From: Trypanosoma brucei
Taxonomy: Eukaryota
Reading direction: 5' to 3'
DNA: 64,000 nucleotides
NCBI GenBank assembly: GCA_000002445.1
Contig: CP000069.1
Span: 672,001 to 736,000 of the forward strand
Part shown: positions 1 to 10,381 of the stretch, one piece after another
Layout: every line of letters starts with the position of its first letter
Position numbering within the stretch: the stretch's first letter is position 1
Made by a program: the position numbers and the translations under genes
Notes under the pieces: model-generated
Database searches by the model: none
Told to the model about the DNA's origin: nothing
The model's input: the letters and a program-made list of their open reading frames with translations, nothing else

Positions 1-97
1 CGCCATCAGGTGTAATCAGCGCTTCCTTCTCCGCTATCAGACGCCTTAATTGATCAATTTCCGCAAGCAGGGCGGCGTTATCTACTGTCTTTGCCAT
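1..97 (-). CDS. N-terminal fragment of a minus-strand gene that runs off the left window edge. The revcomp reads MAKTVDNAALLAEIDQLRRLIAEKEALITPDG...
   Basis: An ATG (revcomp of cat at 95..97) opens a frame that continues to position 1. A T-rich tract on the coding strand lies just upstream (the A-run at 134..147 on plus). The stretch is too short for the ORF track. Confidence 0.3.
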   Translation of the reverse strand, partial: MAKTVDNAALLAEIDQLRRLIAEKEALITPDG

Positions 98-565
98 TCC
101 ACAACGTAATGATCTGAATACACGCGTTGCTTTTAAAAAAAAAAAACTCCTTACCCACCAAAAGTTATATGCTTAATCTCAAAGAAGGAAAATGATAAAG
201 CATCAAAAGAACAATTCGCTAGAAAAATAACAGAAAGGGAAGCAAAACAATTTGGTGAAGGACACGTGGAAGCAGCAATGAACCGCTGGCATGTCCTTGT
301 GGGGAAAGGAGAGTATTACTCAACAACCCTGGGGTGCGTATGCGCCGACATTAGTCGTCGCTGGCACACAACGCCATGATCATCCGGGAAAGGTTGGCGA
401 TCCAACCAACGATATTCCATAACGTGAACATAATAGTGATGCGTTTGTTTTTTTTTCGGTGGACACAACCTCATATAATTGACCAAGTATCACGGGTACA
501 TTCCTGACATAGAATCACCACAAAACACTCATTAACCAAAAAAAGCGGCTAGCGATATATCGGAG

Positions 566-817
566 ACCATAACCTGTATGTGTCACCAACCGCCCCCAGT
601 GCCGCTAACAGTCCGCTGACCCGTGGTAAGAGACCAACAAATACAGGAGAATACCTTAATACCGTGCTCTGATCTCATTACTCTGCAATGCCGGGGGTAC
701 ACTACGCGTATGTGTATCACGCGCAGGTGCGGCAGGCCGCCGGCTCTTGGCTTTCCCCCTCTGTAATACGGGGCACCGGCCTCGGACGTGCCAATGAGGA
801 GGCTGGCAATGGTGGGG
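566..817. repeat. Copy A of a roughly 250 bp dispersed repeat. It is present again inverted at 14766..15010.
   Basis: Direct comparison: 573..815 is the reverse complement of about 14770..15010. The ORF track also shows the same 42-aa peptide (MPGVHYAYVYHAQVRQAAGSWLSP...) at 688.. (+) and 14898.. (-). Confidence 0.8.
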
Positions 818-1448
818 AACAACTTCACCCTCCATCCGCCGCGAACACTTGTGCCTCAACTGCGCTCCCAGAGTCCCGACTCACGGGCGGTGAAGATCAG
901 TTTGAGTATGTCTTGTTCACAACGATAAAGCGCCCCGGACTAAACACAACTACCAATATACTCGTAAAACTTACCTGATTCCCAATAACCACATGACAAA
1001 ATTTACGCGTCACCCACAGCGGCGAGGAGCTTATGGTAAACATGCATATTTATTTGGGGGAACGCTCCAGGTGAACCCCAAGTTGTTTCAAACAACAGTG
1101 CCACACTGTGTAAAGAAATTGCACGCTCAAACGTCAACCATACTGCCCTAATGCAGCAACCACCTGAAGAGCACCCGACGAAACATCAAACGAACCAGGT
1201 GCACGCGGGCAGTCATTTCCACCTTTCCCACCAAAATCTCACTCACATCCGCGGGATCCGGTTCTAGTTGAACAAAGAGATTATTCTTTCCAACATCATT
1301 GCTGTGAGTTATCTGGAACCCCAGAACCGAACATGAACTTAGAAACGCCAACGAATTGCTCCTTGAGAGGCCCCACAAACACATTAAAAGGGAATCTAGT
1401 GGGGCTGTGACAATGCCTTCCTCAGCCACCCATGCATGCGTACGCGCC

Positions 1449-2018
1449 TTACCATGGGTCCGTCCGCCTCTCTTCACGGGTTATGGCAATATCCGGATCC
1501 CGAAGAACCCAGTGGCCGCGGTGCTGTGCAGGCACCTTCAAAGCCCTCTCACGGAGTGGGGTGGAAGGATCCGGTTTGGGGGGGTTAGGAAGCTCCGATG
1601 GCAGCACTGTTTCCTCCCGTTCGTCTAAAGAGAAGAAAGGATCAAGACGAGCAGCTACCGGCGCTTTGAAAACCCCATGTTGACGGCCAGCACTGGGCTG
1701 CATAGTTTGCTTCCCTATTATCATATCTAACTGCCGCATGAGCGGGTCGTCGTAAAGTTGGAAATATGATAATGCACCATGCAGCTTCTTTGTGTACAAC
1801 TTGGCGACTTTAAGCGAAGAAGACATAGTAAAGCACGGGCGGAAAGCTTCCAACTCTCTAAGGAACTCCCCCTCAATGTCGCTGCACGCTTTGGTGTTCT
1901 TGTCCGCCGCAGCGTTCTTATGGGCCAAATGAAGCTTTATTAGTTGAAGGGCCCCATCCAAAAAAGGGCCAGGGTTGTGGAGAGAGTTAGAACGAAGGGA
2001 CCGCGACAACCGCCACAT
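1449..2018 (-). CDS. Hypothetical protein, 189 aa
   Basis: ORF with an ATG start (cat at 2016..2018). It sits in the minus-strand cluster. No recognisable domain. Confidence 0.4.
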   Translation of the reverse strand: MWRLSRSLRSNSLHNPGPFLDGALQLIKLHLAHKNAAADKNTKACSDIEGEFLRELEAFRPCFTMSSSLKVAKLYTKKLHGALSYFQLYDDPLMRQLDMIIGKQTMQPSAGRQHGVFKAPVAARLDPFFSLDEREETVLPSELPNPPKPDPSTPLRERALKVPAQHRGHWVLRDPDIAITREERRTDPW

Positions 2019-2606
2019 TCGACCCCAATTGGTGGAAACGCAGGCACCAGCTCCCCACAGTTCTGCGATCCTACGATAGTACGCCTACTACATTGAGTGA
2101 AAATCAAAGGGGATGAACAGGGGGGAAAGGTCAAAGTATGCACCCGTTGATCTGTAACCGGCAAGTCGATCCCTTGCCAACCTAATGCACCGTGTACAAC
2201 TAGGAAAAAGAGGGTGTATTGTCTATTATCAACAACCTACCGAGCACGCGCAATCAACCCGTAAAACAACAACTCGCCAACCCATTAGTTCTCACCCTTC
2301 ACTTCACACTCATATGGGCAGACTCGCGAAGAAAAGAGGCACCTGAACACGGCACGGAGCCAAACCCATCTGTAACAGCGCCCTGTCCCTACATCAACGG
2401 ACCCTGCCGGGTTAAACCGGCAACACAGAAGACAGGAAGGGGTCGAGCAGATGAAACACAGTGCCGGAACGATAAAAAAAAATGGTATCAGGGTCCTTTC
2501 TTTGACGGAAACCCTATCACCGAAGGATTAAGGAAAAACTCGGAGAAAAGAGAGGGATAGATGACCCCAAACTGCTGGGCGACAGCGAAGGTGTGAGTAC
2601 CCCTCC

Positions 2607-3797
2607 TCACGGGTCACCCGTGTAACCCATCCTTTTGCTCTTCAAAATCTTTGGCATCTTCTTCCACTTCTCCTGGCGCGCAACATTCTTGAAGGCAGCA
2701 CTGCGATCATAAACACGGTCTTCGTGGACATAATCCTCAGGAAGAAGACCTTCCGCCTTCCACTTCTCTATTTTGTCCTTCACTATATCGTCAATTTTTG
2801 CATTAGGATTGTGCGAACTTGACCCCAGTGTTGAAGGAGTGTAGTCGAAGTAGAGCTGCCGCGGGGAAAATTGTCGCGGGGACCGAATGCTGCTGTGCCA
2901 ACAAACATGATAGTACATGTTATCATTCTCCTTGAGTGGTATGCGTAACTTTCCCGCCCCATGCCCACGGAGATCCGAATATGTGGTGCGCAAGAACTTC
3001 ACTTTCCGCTCGCCAAAATTGAACAAATACTTCTTGACGAACTCATAGACGTCAGCGTTTGTAACGGCATTAAGTGCAATGACAACAGACCTTGCCTCTA
3101 CACGATCTAGATCAGCCTGCACGTCCAACATCTCCTCCAGGACAGCCCGAACACCGTCCTCATCCCCCATGCGCCCAATGCTCTTTAACATAAAACTCCA
3201 CTGCGCTGTGTCGAAAAGTGGGGTGTAGTTCCACCCATCCTTCAAACAGCGATCAAACAGTGCCCTCCAGCCACTGTTGTCTGTCTTGTTGCAGTAAAAA
3301 AGTACAGATTTAACTAACGAAAGAGGGGGTTTTGCGGTGGCACCTTCCGCGGTAAAGCGCTGGTGACAGTATCGTTCCCACAGCTCCATAGCGCCGCCAC
3401 ATCTCTGGAAGGCGCAGTGCTGAAAGACCTTAGCCAACCAAAGATCTCTCGTCTTCTCATCGTCCACTAGAGGTGCCAAAGCCGTATAATCTGCAATGAC
3501 CTCTTCAGCAGGGGTTTTTGGTAGGGTGCGACCACGCGGTAGCTTCCGTAACTGTGGCTCCAGTGCAACACTAAAAGCGGGGTGCATATCAAATTCAATC
3601 CACACACCACGATACTTGTTAACCAACGAGTGGTTGCTCTGAAACGGTGCCGCGAAAGTTCGGTTTACTGAATGCGGCCGTTCCATTCCCTGGGGAAGAT
3701 TGTAATGCCAATGATACTGACTGTAGGCAACCATTGGCGAGGTGTCAGGATTCACAGGTGTATAGCCCACCGACCGGGGGCGGGTCGACCGAAACAT
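2607..3797 (-). CDS. Hypothetical protein, 396 aa
   Basis: Long ORF with an ATG start (cat at 3795..3797). The sequence is non-repetitive. Antisense-frame ORFs are short. Confidence 0.55.
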   Translation of the reverse strand: MFRSTRPRSVGYTPVNPDTSPMVAYSQYHWHYNLPQGMERPHSVNRTFAAPFQSNHSLVNKYRGVWIEFDMHPAFSVALEPQLRKLPRGRTLPKTPAEEVIADYTALAPLVDDEKTRDLWLAKVFQHCAFQRCGGAMELWERYCHQRFTAEGATAKPPLSLVKSVLFYCNKTDNSGWRALFDRCLKDGWNYTPLFDTAQWSFMLKSIGRMGDEDGVRAVLEEMLDVQADLDRVEARSVVIALNAVTNADVYEFVKKYLFNFGERKVKFLRTTYSDLRGHGAGKLRIPLKENDNMYYHVCWHSSIRSPRQFSPRQLYFDYTPSTLGSSSHNPNAKIDDIVKDKIEKWKAEGLLPEDYVHEDRVYDRSAAFKNVARQEKWKKMPKILKSKRMGYTGDP

Positions 3798-4608
3798 ATG
3801 GTCCTAAAAGTGCGATGCACACACACCAAATGGTAATCAAAACGATGTCCCAGGTTCTTACCGCCTAGGAAAGGGGGAGTTGCAGGCGTTTTGTAACCTT
3901 CCGGGTACCGAAAGTTCCGGGTAGACTCATAAAGAAATTTGAAAGAGGGAGTAAAAGAGAAACGTGCGTTTTTCCCGCCCTCGCATATGTGCGCAAATTA
4001 TGCGCGGCTCATCAACCGCGGTAGACTGAAGGGAAAAACCGAAAGTAGAGTTAATATTCCTCCCTCCGTTTAGCACCACTATCACGACCCTCCTATTTAC
4101 CGTGATTCGTGGATTCCCACCTCACAGGGTGACAAAAAATACGGAAGTATTCGTGGTTGCCTCACCCCAACGTCTTTTGGTCTTGCTTCCTTTTCTAACT
4201 GTGACGAAATCAAAGGAAAGGAATCTAACCCCGGGGGAAGGAAACATTTCATTTCCTCCATCCGGGAAACCCTACACTCCGCCTTCTATCGCTTTGAATT
4301 CCAATTTCACGTCATCCATGGCACCAAGAATAGAACACGTACAAGACAAACAACATACCTCCGCAACACCTATTGATTCCTCCCATTCCCTTGGCCCCAA
4401 TGTTTGTCGTTACCATCAAGTATATAAAAGCAACGAAAACCCCCTAAACCCCAATTTCACCCTCCCATCCTTTTCCATACTCCATGCACTTCCTTATACA
4501 ACAAATTCTACGCTTACACTCCCGATTGGCAACGCCCGTCGTCACCTAAAACGAGCGGCCTACGTACATTGCGAATTTGTTAGCATACGTAACGCCATCT
4601 CACCCCAC

Positions 4609-6741
4609 TTAGGCCGCCTTGTTCCAGGAAACTAGGCAGTGAGCACCAAGTGCGCACTCGTCGAACCTTGTAAGGCCACCGGTCTGCTCCAAGCGCAGAA
4701 CGCGGTATCCAGAGCGCAACAGTAGGGGAGGAAATGCAGTAGTGAAATCAAACGAAGAGCTATCCTGTACAAACTTGCAGTCAATCACCGCAACTGTTGT
4801 TTCATTACATCCTTCAAAAACAATTTTACTGCCCTTTACACTTGCTTTCCCAGCGCCATACACTCGCGCCGTGCTACTCGAGAGGGGTAGCCCCTTGATC
4901 TCTTGGGGGCCAGCAAGGATATCCACCGAAACACTCGTTGTTAATTTTCCATTTGTGTTGTTTTTGATGAGATACCCGCTCCGCCCATTGTCTACAAACC
5001 GACCTTGGGCCCATAGCCCTCCCTCTCTTGAATTCCCGTGGTCTATCAACTGAACCCCCATCTGAGTGGCAATCCCAATGCATTGCTCGCTGCTGTGCTC
5101 GTCGACGTCAGAGAAAAATGCAAAGTGGTCATCAAGACTGTCCTGGTTCGGTTTTAAAGAAGGAAGTACATCGGCCGTAAGAACTACCACCTCCCATGGT
5201 TTGAGGTTTGTTTTCTTCTTTGCATACTTCAAGAATAAGAGGTCGGACAAAGCCGCAGACTCGCTTTTGTCTTCCCTATCGACAGCTCCCCCCACCACAA
5301 TCTTTAGCTCGTCCAAATTCTCCCTCTTCAACGTAAATTCTTCGCCTAATTCCAGTTTTTCCAGTTGCTCGCGTAAGTGTTGCTTATTTATGATGGCTTC
5401 ACCATTAATATGAGTAAACCAGTCATCTTTCGATACTCCTGCCTTCGCTGCTGGAGTTCCTGTAACAACATCCGTCACGCGCACACCCAAGCCATCTCTG
5501 TTCATGTCCGCCATCAGACTTCCGACAAATGGCTTCAACGGACTTTGGTATCCAAGTACGAGCACCTTCTTCCGTTGAGCAGCGGGGCTGAATTTTGGAT
5601 CGCTAATGATAGCACCCTCGAACATGAGCCCCTTTGCTAACATCGTACCAAGCCCCTTGCTCAGTATTTCAGCTAGCTCATCCTTCAGTTGTACCGGCAA
5701 TGTATTTGGTGGGGATAGACACAGAATAATAGGGTATGGGATAGTCGAGAAACCACTTGTCTTGATACCCTCTATGATGCACGTCAAGGGGCAGCTTCCA
5801 CTGCAGAGCACACCTTCGCTATTCCTTTTTATTTTTAAGACGAACGCTCTGGAGTTGTCAGAAAGCGCCCGCTGGAGGTCACTTTCACTTTCAATACGTA
5901 TGGTTTTTATCAGATATCGAGTCAGCGGCTGTGTCATGTCTTGCCAAACACTTGTTGTGCGCGAGGGGTCTAACGCGTTGTTGGTCATCAACCCCATCAA
6001 ATACGTATTGAAGTTGTACCTGTGAACTATGCCACCGAAACGGTGGTTGTACTTCTCTACAATCTGGGCGTCGGCACGTTCATTGCCTTGGGTAACAGTC
6101 ACAAACTTCCCAAATTGCTCTAGAGTCATCACCTCACCGCCCTCTGCAAAACGCGGAAACAGATCCATCGTGGGAATCAGAGATGCGGAGTTAAGGTGAT
6201 CAATCAGCACCGAGGCGAAGTTGGTCGGTGCCCTGGAATCTCGCTTCACGTCTTTGCCCTCAGTCACATACTTTTCTGAACTTGTGGTGCATTGGTTGGC
6301 AGGGCTGCCACCGCTACTCATCCATGTGTTAAGCAGACGGAAGAAGCCAGCATCCACATAAAACTCTTTAACCGAAGGGAGCGTCTCAGATATGGTCTTC
6401 AGTTTTTCCCTCTCCGCAATTTTAGAAATTATTTCCACCACCGTTTCCATCTTCAACCGAAACTTCGTGCGTGTGATCTCAGCGCACGAATTCATGAAAC
6501 TCAAAGAAACTGCGTCACGCTCCTCCTGGGAATGAAAGGTGAAACGCTCACTCAAAACTGACTCCACGCTTCTCAGAAAAGTCTTAAGATATTGCTCTGC
6601 ACCTGTCTGGTGCTCGTAAGCCGCCGGGTTCGAGTGGTTCTTATATCCACCACCTTGACGTTGGGACTCATCACTTAAGCGGTTTCCCGGTGGGGGAGCT
6701 AGTTGATCTCTCTCAAAACTTTTAGAATTGCACAAACCCAT
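4609..6741 (-). CDS. PI-PLC-like protein with an internal PDZ domain and an N-terminal MGLCNSK dual-acylation motif. It appears to lack the catalytic X-box histidines.
   Basis: An X-box-like DMTQPLTRYLIKT matches the DMxxPLSHYxIxSSHNTYL pattern, but the SSHNTYL histidines are replaced. A Y-box-like RFVDNGRSGYLIKN matches FxxNGGCGYVLKP. A PDZ-like segment (...GVRVTDVVTGTPAAKAGVSKDDWFTHINGEAI...) is present. The start is moved to the first ATG (MGLCNSK; cat at 6739..6741). The track start at 6876 is non-ATG. Confidence 0.6.
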   Translation of the reverse strand: MGLCNSKSFERDQLAPPPGNRLSDESQRQGGGYKNHSNPAAYEHQTGAEQYLKTFLRSVESVLSERFTFHSQEERDAVSLSFMNSCAEITRTKFRLKMETVVEIISKIAEREKLKTISETLPSVKEFYVDAGFFRLLNTWMSSGGSPANQCTTSSEKYVTEGKDVKRDSRAPTNFASVLIDHLNSASLIPTMDLFPRFAEGGEVMTLEQFGKFVTVTQGNERADAQIVEKYNHRFGGIVHRYNFNTYLMGLMTNNALDPSRTTSVWQDMTQPLTRYLIKTIRIESESDLQRALSDNSRAFVLKIKRNSEGVLCSGSCPLTCIIEGIKTSGFSTIPYPIILCLSPPNTLPVQLKDELAEILSKGLGTMLAKGLMFEGAIISDPKFSPAAQRKKVLVLGYQSPLKPFVGSLMADMNRDGLGVRVTDVVTGTPAAKAGVSKDDWFTHINGEAIINKQHLREQLEKLELGEEFTLKRENLDELKIVVGGAVDREDKSESAALSDLLFLKYAKKKTNLKPWEVVVLTADVLPSLKPNQDSLDDHFAFFSDVDEHSSEQCIGIATQMGVQLIDHGNSREGGLWAQGRFVDNGRSGYLIKNNTNGKLTTSVSVDILAGPQEIKGLPLSSSTARVYGAGKASVKGSKIVFEGCNETTVAVIDCKFVQDSSSFDFTTAFPPLLLRSGYRVLRLEQTGGLTRFDECALGAHCLVSWNKAA

Positions 6742-7032
6742 GTCTCCCACCCTGAGAAAGTGGAACGGACAATTTAACGGGACGTAACATACCCCAAAAG
6801 AGAAAGTAGAAAAAACAGAAGGCAACTGAGCTTCATCGGATTTCAAAAGCGGTAGCACAGACACAAGCCAGTACAAGCAGGCAAACGTGTGAATTCACCT
6901 ATCCTTATGACTTTCAGATTTTTTTCAGAAGTGGTCAAGTGAAAGTAGGGAAAAAATTCAAAAAAAAGCGGCAGTGATACCGCACACAGTAAGCTAAATA
7001 ATGTATTGCGTCTCCCGTAGCAGATTTCCCGC

Positions 7033-7233
7033 TTAGCCGGCCTTTCCAGGCGGCTGTTTGTTCATACGGAGCTTCTCGCCAGGTTTCAACGTCTTGGCAA
7101 GGTAACGCTGAGTGTACTTCAGGCGCTTGAAGGCACGCCCCCGGGGCTGCTTCTTCTTCTCCTGCTTGCTAACCTTCGGCGTCTGGTTTTTCACCTTGCC
7201 GGCGCGGGCCAGCGATCCGTGGACCTTCCCCAT
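7033..7233 (-). CDS. RPS30: 40S ribosomal protein S30, copy 1, 66 aa
   Basis: [21 protein letters not shown]...[17 protein letters not shown] is the conserved S30 sequence. The 112-aa ORF in the track carries a spurious N-terminal extension. The CDS is trimmed to the MGKVHG start. Confidence 0.85.
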   Translation of the reverse strand: MGKVHGSLARAGKVKNQTPKVSKQEKKKQPRGRAFKRLKYTQRYLAKTLKPGEKLRMNKQPPGKAG

Positions 7234-7498
7234 ATCTTGCCTTGCTGCTTTTACAGTGAGACCTGTGATAAGTAGGGTAAAAAATAAAAAAAGTAAAGGT
7301 GATAGAATCTTTAAGCGCAGCACGTGCGAAGTGCGCAACCCAATTGGAGGCGACTTCGTAAATACAACCACTTACGAGAAAGTTAGATATTTTCAACAAT
7401 GTTCACAGGATGATATGCACCCGAATACTGAAAGAAAAAAAACAAGGGCAAGGAGGAAAAAAAATTATGCACGTTGTTTTCCGCGGCAGATTTCCCGC

Positions 7499-7699
7499 TT
7501 AGCCGGCCTTTCCAGGCGGCTGTTTGTTCATACGGAGCTTCTCGCCAGCTTTCAGCGTCTTGGCAAGGTAACGCTGAGTGTACTTCAGGCGCTTGAAGGC
7601 ACGCCCCCGGGGCTGCTTCTTCTTCTCCTGCTTGCTAACCTTCGGCGTCTGGTTTTTCACCTTGCCGGCACGGGCCAGCGATCCGTGGACCTTCCCCAT
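7499..7699 (-). CDS. RPS30: 40S ribosomal protein S30, copy 2, 66 aa
   Basis: Identical to copy 1 except P/A at residue 51. The coding region and about 12 nt of 3' flank are duplicated with a roughly 466 bp period. The 5' sides differ. Confidence 0.85.
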   Translation of the reverse strand: MGKVHGSLARAGKVKNQTPKVSKQEKKKQPRGRAFKRLKYTQRYLAKTLKAGEKLRMNKQPPGKAG

Positions 7700-7949
7700 G
7701 TTGAGAACCTTGGAAAACTAGCAAGAAAGAAGAAACCAACATTCAGCGGATCAGGCAGCGAAATTTTTTAAAATGCCAACTACACAACACACAACATAGC
7801 ACGGCCACCAGATACGAGAAAACGTAAACTACCAACGCATTTTTTTTAATCATTCAAAATGTCACTAAAAAAGAAAAGTAGGGGGAACTAACGATTACAT
7901 CTATAGCACACACAATCATTTACATGAAACACAATATTCAGACGGTACT

Positions 7950-8702
7950 TCATCGCTTCCTTCTCAGCGTGACTGGTAACGGAGTGGGAGAGAAGCGCGG
8001 TGGTCCCGTAAGAAAGGTCCTCTCAGTCGTCGAGGGCAAACCGTCACTCCGAGCCCCAGCAGGGCAGCGTTTAGATTTCTGCTGTGGATCAGACCCACCA
8101 GATACGCACTCTCCTGTTACCGCCGGTCCCCCACTACCACCTGAATAACTATCTTTGGTCATCTCTCTCTGTTTATACGTCCAATACGAGCGCCGGTAAG
8201 GGGTAAGCATGGCAGGAAATGAAGACGTGTACGTTCCCTTTATTCTGTTGTATGAGCGCAGCAGACTACCCCGCAAGTCTCTATCGCACGAAGCAACACC
8301 GTCCACAGCGGCCGTATCTGCACAGTTGTCACTACTTTTGCGTCCTTTCCTTTGCGGTGCACTGTGCTTTCTCACACTACCTTGTGAATCTCCTCCCGCA
8401 GAGGCAGCGTGCTGTAGGGGCGTGGCGACACCAACCGCGGCCCCTGTGGTCTCAGTGGTTAACTCATCGGCCTTCCTAGAACGCTGACTTCCGTCGACAC
8501 ACTTCCGTTTTGACATAGTGAGGTAGGAGGCCTTCGAATGTTCCTGCCTCGTCGGGACGTACGGTGCCCGACACGTTTGAAATTTCAAGGAAAGCAAATA
8601 CTTTTGCATATAACGTGTGCCCTGAAGCCAATCCTCAAAAGGTTCCGGGTGGTCAAGCGCCTTAACCAAGCTCCGGCTGTTAAACCTATCCGCACCTGTC
8701 AT
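7950..8702 (-). CDS. Hypothetical low-complexity S/G/R-rich protein, 250 aa
   Basis: ORF with an ATG start (cat at 8700..8702). A polypyrimidine tract lies upstream on the coding strand. Low-complexity composition lowers confidence. Confidence 0.35.
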   Translation of the reverse strand: MTGADRFNSRSLVKALDHPEPFEDWLQGTRYMQKYLLSLKFQTCRAPYVPTRQEHSKASYLTMSKRKCVDGSQRSRKADELTTETTGAAVGVATPLQHAASAGGDSQGSVRKHSAPQRKGRKSSDNCADTAAVDGVASCDRDLRGSLLRSYNRIKGTYTSSFPAMLTPYRRSYWTYKQREMTKDSYSGGSGGPAVTGECVSGGSDPQQKSKRCPAGARSDGLPSTTERTFLTGPPRFSPTPLPVTLRRKR

Positions 8703-8835
8703 GGCTCAGAAGATCTTCTCCCCACATCCCAAAAAGAGGGCAAAAAAAATTAAAACAAAGTGAGATTCAGAAATGACGATCTCTCCGACGCAATCAAAAA
8801 AGAAAAAAAAGCAACAAGTGAAGTGACAGTATTCT

Positions 8836-8856
8836 CCCCCCCCCCCCCCCCCCCCC
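8836..8856. repeat. C21 homopolymer, which is a G21 run on the minus (transcribed) strand
   Basis: Uninterrupted C-run in the intergenic region, immediately 5' (minus sense) of the polypyrimidine tract of the 7950..8702 gene. Confidence 0.9.
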
Positions 8857-8915
8857 GGTGGAAAAGGCCGACACCTCCGTTGAGAGGGAAATGGGGAACA
8901 AAAGGGACAATACCG

Positions 8916-9443
8916 TTAGTTAGAGGTACCACCACGCTGCATCAATTCCCGGAGGCGCAACTCGTCGCTAGAAGGTAAATTTAACGCTTTTTGTCGCTGA
9001 TCAAACATCATTTTCGCGATCGTGGCCCGTGCGCTGTCGTCGAGTTCGGAGATATGTTTGCTCGGTGGCCTGAAAGTCTTCATGTCTATTTGTCTCTCAT
9101 TAGTTGTGACACATGGCCACCACTCTTCGTACTGGGCGTTCGTTTTCACCAAAGTCACCACAAGCACACTTTTATCCTCCACACACCACGTACATTCGTC
9201 TACTTTCACTGGTTTGTACAGGTCACCAGAAATCAAGGGTGATTGACCCTTCATGCCTATTGTTAACGAGGAAACTTTTACGTCCACATTAATCATCTTT
9301 GTGGGTGTGTCAGACGGCAGTGGAACCTTAACGATCACTTCAGTGTCTGTTTGACCAAACGAGTATCTTCCGTAATCGCCTCCACACTCCTCGTTACACG
9401 GTAAGAGGTCAGCCATGTCCTTCTGACTTTCAACTAAAGACAT
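8916..9443 (-). CDS. CS-domain (p23/NudC-like) protein
   Basis: The central region (VKVSSLTIGMKGQSPLISGDLYKPVKVDECTWCVEDKSVLVVTLVKTN...EEWWP) resembles the CS/p23 fold. The start is moved to the first ATG (MSLVESQ; cat at 9441..9443). The track start is TTG. Confidence 0.55.
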   Translation of the reverse strand: MSLVESQKDMADLLPCNEECGGDYGRYSFGQTDTEVIVKVPLPSDTPTKMINVDVKVSSLTIGMKGQSPLISGDLYKPVKVDECTWCVEDKSVLVVTLVKTNAQYEEWWPCVTTNERQIDMKTFRPPSKHISELDDSARATIAKMMFDQRQKALNLPSSDELRLRELMQRGGTSN

Positions 9444-10381
9444 CTGCTGGCTCTTTTGTGACAAGCAATCTCCTATAAAGAAGCGGTAGCACTTCAACAA
9501 AGCGAAGTGGATGTGGGGGGAACGCAGCGATTGTCAGAGCAGCATTTGGGATAACATACACTCTGTAAGCCTGTCTTCGCCGAATTTTGGCAGCAAACAA
9601 ATCAATCTAGAAGCAAGAAGGCTGATCTCTGTAACACATTTATCCAGCAACACACTCTTACCCGCTCCCTGGTAACTCAGTCAAAGCCGCATCGTAATGG
9701 GAGCTTCGGTCCATTCAACTACCGTCCATCGTGACAAACTCAACCATTTCTTGAGAACAAAAAAGGTAAGTACATTTATGTAAACAAGATGAATAAAGTA
9801 AATACCGTGCGGTGCAACTTCATCGTGAGGCATCACTGCATACGAGACCATAACCTTACAACGATTAAAATTCTTATATACAAGTCGACTCGTTCACTAA
9901 TTTCAGCGACAAAGCGCGGTCCAAGTCGCAACAACGATGACATCCCTTCATCCTAAAATGTAAACATTCCTTTATCCAGATCGCACTACCAGGTACGGAA
10001 ACGGATAAGCAATCTACTTCCAAATAATGATTCTTCCACGGGTAAATTGCCTGGGGAGACCGACCCTCAAATACGTCAATCCAACTGTATCCCCTAGAAG
10101 TCCACCGACCCATATCGGCTTCGACACAACAGTGAGGTTCACCTTCACTCTTATCTGCTCAGATAGAGAGAGCACCAGCATTCATTTCGTTAACTTATCA
10201 TTATCTCGCACTATATAAGTGCCGACGCCATACCACACAACAACAACAACAACAACAAGATTAAACAGCCAAAATGCGGGTGCTGGGTCTGGTTTAAAAA
10301 AAAAGTGAAGGTAAAGATGTAAATGTCATGAGTATCTGAAAAAAAGTAAAAACTCATGGAAAGTCCTGGCATCCCTCATTC

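Noticed and set aside
566-817. Possible SRP/7SL-like or other small structured RNA gene. The repeat contains a ctctgtaatacgggg motif reminiscent of the SRP Alu-domain UGUAAU loop and GC-rich helices.
   Set aside because: I cannot reproduce the full conserved SRP RNA architecture from memory. The element occurs twice in inverted orientation. A dispersed repeat is the safer call.
583-978. ORFs 583..828 (-), 656..859 (-) and 688..978 (+), and the mirrored 14557..14898 (-).
   Set aside because: They lie inside the 250 bp repeat and its flank. The same peptide appears on opposite strands, so these are chance ORFs in GC-rich repeat sequence, not genes.
4102-4635. Plus-strand ORF 4102..4635 (177 aa) within the minus-strand cluster.
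   Set aside because: The composition is low-complexity and Pro/Ser/Thr/Asn-rich. It lies on the wrong strand for this cluster and overlaps the likely 3' UTR of the PLC-like gene.
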